Positions 38,342 to 47,847 of a stretch of 64,000 nucleotides of DNA are shown here, piece after piece. A program made the position numbers and the translations under genes. Each line of letters opens with the position of its first letter. The stretch's first letter is position 1. Origin of the DNA: Scyliorhinus canicula (taxonomy: Eukaryota); NCBI RefSeq assembly GCF_902713615.1, contig NC_052158.1, forward strand, positions 80,546,822 to 80,610,821. The letters run 5' to 3'. The notes under the pieces were generated by a model, which saw nothing but the letters and a program-made list of their open reading frames with translations, did no database searches and was not told the DNA's origin.

Positions 38342-39065
38342 GGGCGCGATTCTCCCAAACCGGGAGAAATCGTAAGGCTGGCGTCAAACCCGGGCGGGTT
38401 TGACGCCAGCCCCCCCCTTCCCGACCGGGAACCGATTCTGGTCCCCGGTCGGGGCTAGCAGCCCGACGCCGTAAGCTCCGGCATCACGGGCTTAACGAAT
38501 TTCGTTAAGCCCGCTTGCCCGAGTTAGCGCCGGCTGACGCGTCATATGACGTCAGCCGCGCATGCGCGGATTGGAAGACTCCAACCCGCGCATGCGCGGA
38601 TGACGTCATCGCGTATTTGCACGAAACCCGCGCATGCGCGGGCCGGGATGCCCCTCAGCCGCCCCGCGAATAGATACTGCGGGGCGGCGGAAGGACAAAT
38701 AGTGCGCGGGCATCGGGCCCGCTGCCCGCGATCGGTGGGCACCGATCGCGGGCCCATGGCACCCTTGGCACGGCCGTGGTACTGCCGTGCCAATCGGTGC
38801 CATGGTTATAAAATGCGAGTGTTTACGGCCGTTTTTACGAACGGCCAGACCAGGTGTGTTTGCCGTTCGTAAAAACAGCCGTAAAGGGCTGGGAACTCGG
38901 CCCATCTATCAGCTGTGAATCGCTGCCGGCCGTAAAAAAACGGCGGTAGCGATTCGTGTCGGGAGTTGGGCGTGGGGGGGGGAGAATAGCGGGAGGGCGG
39001 GAAAAATGTCGGGAAGGCCCTCCCGCTATTCTCTGACCCGTCGTGGGGGGCGGAGAATCGGGCCC
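38342..39065. mobile_element. GC/CpG-rich non-autonomous Harbinger-type element (MITE) in OTOS intron
   Basis: TIRs GGGCGCGATTCTCC / GGAGAATCGGGCCC, 3-bp flanks AAT/ATT; homologous (inverted) to 53697-54371. Confidence 0.85.
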
Positions 39066-39118
39066 ATTGTATTCTTGTGTGAGAAACACCCATTTGTGGA
39101 TTTTCCCTCCTTATTTAG

Positions 39119-39348
39119 CTCACCATGTGGAAAAACGAAGCCCGCCGTACTGGCCTTACTCCACTACCGACTTCTGGAGATATGTGGAGTATTTCCGAAG
39201 CATTGGAGACTACGAAAGGATCCAGCAACTGGCACACACTTTCTATGCTCATTTCCCGCTGGGGAATTCACTGGGCTATGATACCCCAGAACAACAAGAA
39301 ATTCAACACGAAGTACAAGTTGAGATTGCAAAGGAGGCACACGAGTAG
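39119..39348 (+). CDS. OTOS: otospiralin, last coding exon
   Basis: Acceptor ttatttag|. PYWPYSTTDFWRYVEYFRSIGDYERIQQLAHTFYAHFPLGNSLGY matches the otospiralin core (mammalian PYWPFSTSDFWNYV...ARTFFAHFPLGSTLG). TAG at 39346-39348; ATTAAA at 39405. Confidence 0.95.
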
Positions 39349-39968
39349 GGAAGAAAAGGATACAAAGAAAGCACACTTTTTTCTTGAACATGTAAACAAA
39401 TAGAATTAAAGTGAACAACATTAGTACAGAACTATTGTAACTTTATAATCTGCCACATCTATCGATTGCACTTCTGTAGCATATTAATTGGATGACTCCT
39501 TTATCTAGAATCCTGTTACAGAATTTGCTTGCATTGTATTAAAAGCTTCTCTCACAGTATGCTTCCTCATTTTATTTAGGAAAGAAATGGGTTTTGTGAC
39601 TTAAAATTGTAGTTTTAATGTATGGGGGTATTGGTGTACATTTAATCATTTATCTGAATTTTCAAATAGGCTTTATTTCTCGTCAAACTTGCAATTTCAT
39701 AAATTCAGAATCTATTAGCCAATGTGCACAGACTGATTTGTTTCTAAATAACTAGTTGTGGTAAAACACAAATGTCTAATGAATGGGTGTAACATTACAT
39801 ATTTTATTATAAAATGTAACCAACAATGTTGCATTTCACTGCTTTAAATAGAGGGCTGCTAATCCTTTAATTACACAGCACTGGGCTTCATTTATTGGAG
39901 GACTGCAGTTTGTATGCAGTGACACATGGTTCTATATGTCCATCACATCCATAAAACAAATAGATCAT

Positions 39969-40167
39969 GGGTGGGATTCTCCGCCCCCCACCCCCCCCCC
40001 AACCGCGTGTTTCTTGGCGGCGCCATTCACTAGTGGAGGGATTCTCTCTTCCTGCCGCTTGTCAATGGGATTTCCCATTGATGCCACCCCACGCCACCGG
40101 GAAACCTGTGAGCAGAGGTGCACTGCCAACGAGAAAAGGGAATCCCAACAGCTGGAGAATTTGAGCC
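39969..40167. mobile_element. short Harbinger-type MITE
   Basis: GGGTGGGATTCTCC...GGAGAATTTGAGCC TIRs and the shared internal core. Confidence 0.65.
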
Positions 40168-41835
40168 TAGATTGTGTATAAATGAAAAGAAATAACAGAG
40201 TGGAATCTAAATTCCCAAAGTTCTTTATAATCTGTTCAGCACCCACTGTAAAATTTAATTGGATAACATCTTGTAATTAAATGATACAACAAATTATTTT
40301 TGTTTTTAAATATTTATCTACATTCTAGTACCTAGTGGCTATAGAAAGCTTTTAATTTCAAAATATTCTGCTGAACTATGAATCCAAAGGAAAACCACGT
40401 CGTTGATTATGTATTGTAAAATTCCCTAAACTCACACTGACCTAGTACTATCAGTTGTTGTGTGCATGGGCACTTTTTCCTCTGTTCCAGTAAGCTTCTT
40501 ACTCACAATTTATATCTTGGTAATCAGTTACAGTGCTTCTTCTCATAAGATGATGTACTGGTCGAATTCTTCACGAGATTGCCTTCAGATGTAATTTATT
40601 TACTTAAAATAGCTAGGTTTCTAAATTTTCTGAAGTACCTGACGGTGATTCACCAAAGTGAATTGCATGCATATAAATATTTTATTTACTTGAATAGAAA
40701 GTAAAAAGAGAAAAAAGGAGTTTTGTGCCTGGTTCAACATGAAGGGCTACCTGAACATTTCCAGTAGACAATGCTTTGTGATATTTCAAACAGGCCTCCG
40801 AAGAATATCAAGATGAAAGGGCTTCAAAACTTTGTCTCTTCCATTATACTACTCTGCTGAAATTCCAGTGGGGATGTGACAGATGCTGCCATAAATGGAC
40901 CAAGACACACATTTTCGAGTCTTTCCATGTCCCATCTAACACTGGAACTTGCAATAGGGAAAAGTTCCATCCATCCTTTGCAAGGCCATTGGCAGAGGAA
41001 GAGTCATAGTCAGATCTTGGAGTTTCCATGTTCCCTGGGCTGGGCGCAGATGAAAGGAATATTTTTAGTTTGCTTGCCCAGTGTGAAGCAATGTACCAGC
41101 CTGCCCAAAGGTACCCACGTGAGTACCAAAACCAGCTTGAAGAAAAAGTAAGTCTATGATTTTTAATATTCAGACCCCCGGGAGAAGAGTTCACTGTGGA
41201 CACTTGTACGTTCTGTTTGAGAGAGGGTGACACCTTCCCATCCCTGCTGAGACAAGACAGTGGTGGCTTATTTTCTGCTATGTTGAAGCCTGAGAGGCAC
41301 CCCTAGAAATGTGGGTGCCCGAACAAAGTAATCCAAATGAATGACTACTGTTGTGCTCATCAATCTAATGCTGCAAGCATGGTCGGGCAGGTGTTAATAA
41401 TTTCCTGCCTGACAGACATCAAAATTGAAGGTCCCGTTAGAAAAACACAATTGTATTCATCAGCTTGAAGCATCTTTAAAAGATGTAAAATATTCCTTCA
41501 TGACCTGTTCCCAGTAAAATTTCACTGCGGCTATATTTTCTTATAGTTTTTGAATTGTTTGTGCTCATCCAAACGATGAAAGTCAACATTGGGGAATGGG
41601 TTATGTTTGGAGAAACAAGGAATTCATTGTAGAATTTTTGATTGTAAGTCATCGTATGGTCAGATCTTCAAAGCAACTCTACCTCAGAAGGTGGTTGAGG
41701 TGGGAGTCATCGAATATTTTTTAAGGTGGAGGATCAAAGGTTATCGGGGGTAGATGGGAATGTGGAATCTGATCCTATAGAATGGTGGAACAGGCTCGAG
41801 GGGCCAAATGGCCAACTTCTATGTTTGCATTCAAT

Positions 41836-42110
41836 GGGCAGGATTCTCCATTTGGGTGTTGATGCCGAGACTGAATTGTGTGCAGTTTGTGTTTCCATTA
41901 GGGATGCTATTCGGTAAGAGAATCAGGACAGGCAAATGGGCTAGCACTCTGTTGACACAAATTCAGAGCAATTCCCGGCCCAGTAGACATTCTAATTGCT
42001 GGAGCCAGAATTAGTGTTAAACAGCCTGGCAGCTGGAGCTGTTTTTAAGCACTCCACTTACCATACATCCACCGCAGCCATGAAGGTGGCTCGCATAAGA
42101 CCTGCCCCCC
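41836..42110 (+). mobile_element. Harbinger left-end fragment with start of Myb gene
   Basis: TIR GGGCAGGATTCTCC, then a TTTAA box and VARIRPAP, resembling the MAARRPA start near 6317. Confidence 0.5.
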
Positions 42111-43199
42111 TGAGGTCGGAGTCCGAGATGGACCCATAGTTCCATCCCATTGAGACTCCCTAATTAAAATGCTTTCTGTTAGTTTCAGAGCTGACCACTT
42201 CAAAGTCACTCAACCGTGAAGGGAGATGAAGGGAAAGCATTTAACCCTGTTTGAAATGGTCCAGGAGCTGTCAATCAAAGCTTGATGTTTGTAAACATTG
42301 TGGTTAGTTTCACACCTGACCAGTTCAAAGTTACTGATGGTGAACAGAGATGAATGGAACAATGCTGACAACTGGGCTGTGGAAGCTGTCAATCACAACC
42401 TAGTAAAATCAATATCAAAGAGAAATGAATGAAAGGCTTGCAGATCAAAGATCTGAGGGGGGTTTAAACTCAGTTGACTGTTTTTCTATTTCCAGGAATT
42501 GACAAATGCTGCTTCCTGTGCCCGAGTCAGCAGATTTATTGCACAGGTGAGATTTAAAGCAGTGCTAATAGTCACCATCTATCTCCGAAGGTGAACAAGG
42601 GATTTTAACGAGTCACAGAGGAACTGTTTTTTTTAAACTGAAACTGATTCATCAATGGGAGCACCACGTGTCCTAAGCTCCTTTGGCCTTTGGGAGGTTC
42701 AATATTACAATCCTGGACTGGGAGTGCAGTCTGCGATTAATATCCATCCTATCAACACCAAAGCAGGATTCCAGGCTGTCAACAAAGCCTATCGCAAGGC
42801 TGAACCCACCTGAACATTAACTTCTATGTGAAGGAACTCTCGCTGAACTCTGACATTCCCTGACTCCGACATTCACACAAATTAATATCCCCATTTTGTT
42901 TTGTTTTTCTGTTTTAAGTTATTCCTACTTATCAAACTCTTTCCAACCTCCTTTTTGTGTGTGCTTGTGATGTATGTAGTCACAATGACCATCCCCCAGG
43001 TTTGAAAGTGTGAATAAACAATACTTCTGATTTAACCCTAAAGAGAATTTTCTGCCAGTCATGTCAAAATTGACTTCACAAACAAGAGGGCTTGGGGAAA
43101 CACGCCAGTGAATTCCAAAGAATAAAAACATCTCTGCTTATGGACAGACAGTGAGAAAAATGAAAGAGTTCAGTTTGCTTCTCTCCGATGTCCGTATCA
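42111..43199 (+). mobile_element. probable long solo LTR
   Basis: TG..CA-like ends (..tccgtatca), AATAAA near 43014, LTR-like composition; no clean TSD found. Confidence 0.35.
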
Positions 43200-43562
43200 A
43201 AACCAGAGAGTGTAGTTAGTGAGCTTGAGGAGGTAACATGGTTGAATTTCAATGCACAGAGTATCCAGTTTTGGCAGAGGATCTGTGAAGGTCCTGCTGC
43301 CTGGAGCCAGTAGTCAATGACTCTTCAACCTTGGGCAGTGCAGCAATGTGGTGATATATTATTCACTATTATTATTCACTAATTTAAAGTTATGTCTGCT
43401 GACGTGCACCCAAAATCAGACAGAGGAAATTTGACTGGTGGCTGGCTCCAAGACTTTCTGGCTGTTGTCCAGAAACATACTACCAAGCTCATTGATCCTT
43501 TTTCTCAGCCCTGGACTCTTTGCAGGTCAGAGGAAACTGCTGGCAGCTCATTCTCAATGCAG

Positions 43563-44926
43563 TGTCAGGAAAACATCATTTGTATTGGTAAACATTAAAA
43601 ATAAGGTATAGTTTTAAGTGAGTTTAATTTAATGGCAGGAATTCTCCGGTCACGGCAATTCACTTTTTGTTTTGTAGCGGTGTGAGGTGGTTACAATGAG
43701 AAATCCCATTGACAAGCGTGGGAAGAGAGAATCCAGTAGCTAGTGAACGATGAATGGTTGAGAAACACATGGCTCTCTGGGGACACTTGGGAGACTGGAG
43801 AATCCAGCCCAATGTTTCTATGCCTGGCAGGGTGAAACCTATAGTTAGATTCATGCTGGACAAAGGTGCTTGTATGTGAAGGGGCCGCAAGATGAAGATT
43901 AAATAAACCAGCAGCGGTTGCTTAGCAACAGGGGCCTTATAAGGTACAGAAGGTTTTATTTTTCAGTTTAGTTAATTTGATTGCAGTTGGAGTTGGGTAG
44001 TGAGAGAGACAGCAGCTCTCACAGCTCTGCTAGGAGCAATTGATTTTGGGTGGCCTTGCTAGAAGAAAAGCCATATGATGGAGTAATTGTTAAAAAAAAT
44101 AGATGCCGCAAATCTAAAGTCCAGTTTGTTAAAGAAATTGGAGAAATTAAGGAAATTTCCAGGAAATTGGGAGTTAATAGAACAGAGGAAACTGGGGGCC
44201 AGAACAGATTACTGTTCAGTAAAGTTACAGAGAGTTGAAATGCACTGGTCGTGAGGGGCCAGAAAGATATCTGCGGTAGTACTTTTTAGGATACATTATT
44301 TAAAATAATTGTGAAAATAGGTGGCTGGACCTCGGAGTTTGTGTAAAAGCCTTTAAGACAAAGGAAACCTGAAGGGAAAGGACTACAACCTTAAAGTGAA
44401 CCTTGATGGAAGCAGCAGAGGGATAGCATAATCTAAAAGAAGATTTGAAAGTCTGACTTTAGAAAGCAGAATTTGAAATCACTCTTGTGGAAGGCGGAGT
44501 TCAGTGAGACAAGGTAGCTCACGGTGTAAAAATCATCTGGGGGCATCTTGAGGAGAAATCCATAGACATTCACTTGGGTTCAGAGAGGAGTGTGTCTTAC
44601 CACAGTCATCTTGTGTGCTTAAAAGGGACTTTATGTGTTAATGAGACCATCTGATCTTAAGCTGCCCTTTGTCATCCGTATTAATCCCAAAACCTGTGTG
44701 GAATTGTTAAATTAACGGGGGAGTAAAAGAGTATTGTCATCCAATTTTTTCATGTTAAATAAATCTTTTTTTCTTGTTGTTAAAACTTATCAGCACCTTA
44801 TCACTCTGTTCCTCTACGTTTTACAAAGAAAAGTAGAAGTTACAGCCTTTCGAGCCAGGGTTCTATCCTGGGATCTTCCCATCCAGATCTTCCCATCCAA
44901 ATATAACATCAACTGGGATCACAACA
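43563..44926 (+). mobile_element. long solo LTR, same family as 9378-10975
   Basis: TGTCAGGAAA...GGGATCACAACA, TSD GCAG/CCAG, shared 3' block gagccagggtt...cttcccatcca...aactgggatc. Confidence 0.75.
43634..43810. mobile_element. short Harbinger-type MITE nested in solo LTR
   Basis: GGCAGGAATTCTCC...GGAGAATCCAGCCC, TSD AAT/AAT. Confidence 0.75.
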
Positions 44927-45832
44927 CCAGGCAACTCTGTCCTTGGTGAGAGAGCTCTATAAATGTCCAGGGATGATAAATTATATAAAAGACCTCTGCT
45001 TCTTTCTCCTTTACCTTGCATCCAGAAAATAAACAAATTCACAGTGCATTGCAGAGGAAAATCAGGCCCATATACTTACACGGGGAGGTAGTTTCCCTTC
45101 TAATCTGTAGAAGTTTTATTTTTCTAAGTTTTCTTTCAAAGTTCCTCTTTATTGCAAACATAAACTCTGTGGTTACCTCAGCCATTGACTTTCACCCGTT
45201 GCTATGGTAATGAAACAGCAATGAAAAGGGCCAAAGTATTTGAGATCTTGCGAGGTAGTGAGACTGAAACACAGATTTTGTTTCATTTGGTTGTTAGTTT
45301 TGGCATTGATATTATGAATCTTGCAGTGAGAATACAAGGGAAAAGCTAGCATGGTTGAATATCATGCATTCATAGGACATTTTACTGAGTGAAGTCCACA
45401 AACCCATAGTCTGCGTTTTGTCTGGAAGCCTAGTTGAGAACAAATTTATTCAACATGTCTGTCTGTGCAGTGAATCTGAGTGTCTATAGTTGTCTGCATA
45501 TTATATTAGTGAACAAACATATTAAAGACTGAAACTCGTTGAAGTGAATAAGTTGTCTTTAAGTGATTCTTCATCAGCATTTGTGTCATTATTTATCACT
45601 TTGCGTATCAAATTTCTGTATCTAATCATATTGAAAGATTGGAATGTCATTCATGGCATTCTTCATGGAAAATCTGGGATTTGGCGGGTGCGGGGTGTGT
45701 GGAACGACTTGTATCTCACCCTCACGATTGTTGTGATTCTTCTGTTGCTGCAATACAGCAAATGTAACGAGACAACACATTACATGACTGACAGGAGGGA
45801 AAAAATGTCATCTTCCCGATACCGAAAAATAT

Positions 45833-47198
45833 GGGGCCCGATTCAAGGATTCCATTGCGCCCGGTAGGAATCGCAGGGAATTGCATGCGCGCCCCAAATC
45901 AGGCTCCGCGCTAGACATGAAACCTTGTGCAAGTCACCCGACTCGCTCCATCTGGCACGATCTGGATCTCACCCTTGCTGGGTGAGATCGGAATCTGAAT
46001 TTTCAAATCAGCCGTACGCTGGATTCACCCGGTGCCTGGGACTCACCGGTTCTGTCTGGGAGACCTCGCCAGGGAACCTTTTAGTTCTGGTCCACATGGA
46101 CCAGTCATAACGGCACCACGTGGGGGGGTCTCCCAAGCTATTGGAGAGCCTTGGGTGGTCGGGGATAGGCCAAGGTGGCACCCTGGCACTCCCATTGGCA
46201 TCTGGGCACTGCCAGACTGGCACCCTGGACACAAGGCAGTCCTCAGTTCACACGACTTTAAGGTGAGTGCAACAAAACCTTGCTGCCATAGTGCTGCGCT
46301 GCTCCTGATGCACTGTTCGACACTGTGCCAGGACAGACAGGTTCCTGCTTCCATCCCCGCGCCAAGTTGGTCTTCAATGTGCTACTAGACCCGGGGGCCC
46401 TCCTCTGCCACCGTCTCGGATCAATACTGCGTCTGGGGTTGAGGAATATAGGGATCTCCTTTCTGTCTTGTGCCACACAACAGTGTCTATCTGGACCGCA
46501 TGATTCATGCAGCCACTGCAACTAAAGTTGGACGTTCAATCCGGGGTGGAGTGCAACTTGACGAGGGGGGGGTGGGGGGGGGGGGGAAGTGGCCTACCAA
46601 AGACAAGGGGGCAATGTGGAAGAAGGAGGGCTGTAGAAGGTAGGGGTCAGAAAAGGCAAGGGCTTGCAAAGGTATGCAGAGGGGCAAGGAGATAGATGAA
46701 GAAGACAAACAATGGAAGGCAGAGGGAAGGCCAAGGGGAGGGAAGCTGGACCCCCAACAAGCTGCTTGAAAAGCTCACAAACAAGGGGGTCAAAGGGCTA
46801 AAAAATAGTTTACTTGCAACAGGTAGAGGTCCAAGCGGAGCAAGGCTGCTCACAGGTGATGGGCTCAGGGGGAAGAGGGAGAAGGTGTCGAATCGAGGTT
46901 TTTCTTTTTGAGGTTGCTAGCCTTTTCCCTCTGGGTTGCTGATGTCCTGCACAGTGTGGTGAAGAAGATGCACTGGAGAGAGTGATATGAGTGTGCTGGA
47001 CCTTCAAACCCACCTGATGGTGGGCAGATTAATTAGCTGCCAGCCTGCCAGGTGATTCTAAGGTGAATTTACCTGTGCATAATTAACAAGGTCCGACGTG
47101 CAGAATCTGGCTTGGATCCTGCTATTCTGGCCAGCGGGAAAGATGGCAGCAGAGTCACCTGTCCCTGTATTTCATCTCAAAAACAGAGAATTCCACCC
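45833..47198. mobile_element. degraded GC-rich Harbinger-like DNA transposon remnant(s)
   Basis: TIR-like ends GGGGCCCGATTC and GAGAATTCCACCC; GC-rich subterminal motifs like those of the MITEs. Confidence 0.4.
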
Positions 47199-47353
47199 AT
47201 AGCTTCCTGTTGCTTTCTCCATGGTAGCACCTCACCCAAACAGCATCCTTTTCTACTCTGATGTAAATTGTGATGATTGTTTGAAATTTGGCCTGTTCAG
47301 TGCAAGACTTCAGCAATACATTTTTCTTTTCAGCAAAATTTAGGTTTTGTACT

Positions 47354-47596
47354 TGTGGTGATCTCTACCACTGTATATATGTGTGTGTTTGCCTTAGGGG
47401 ATGTATGACAGTGTCTGTATTACAGGTTTGCTGGTAAGCCCCTGCTGGCTAGCTACGCCCCCAGGGAGCAGTGTAAATATTCATAAGTTTCCCTGAGATG
47501 CCATTCTACAGCTGCAGCCGGAGGAATAGCATCTCACTGTAATAAAGCCTCTCTTGTACCTTATCGAGTCTTTTGTGTGCAATTGTTAGCGCCACA
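47354..47596 (+). mobile_element. solo LTR (243 bp)
   Basis: TGTGG...CCACA termini, perfect 5-bp TSD GTACT, internal AATAAA. Confidence 0.85.
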
Positions 47597-47847
47597 GTAC
47601 TATCAAGTGACTGTGTCTATTGGCTTATTTTAATGAAGCCATAGTTTTCCCCATGAATGGGACACAGTAGCATAATGACATAATATCACTGGACGAGTGA
47701 TCGAGAAGCCCAGGTTAATGCTCTGGGGACGGGTTCAAATCCCACCTTGGCAGCTGGTAGAATTTGAGTTAAATTAGACAAATCTGGAACATAAAGCTAG
47801 TCTCTGTAATGCTAACCATGAAACTATCATTGATTGTCGTAAAAACC

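Noticed and set aside
39043-39118. N-terminal part of ORF 39043-39348 as the OTOS start
   Set aside because: Derived from MITE end and intron; the real N-terminus comes from the upstream signal-peptide exons.
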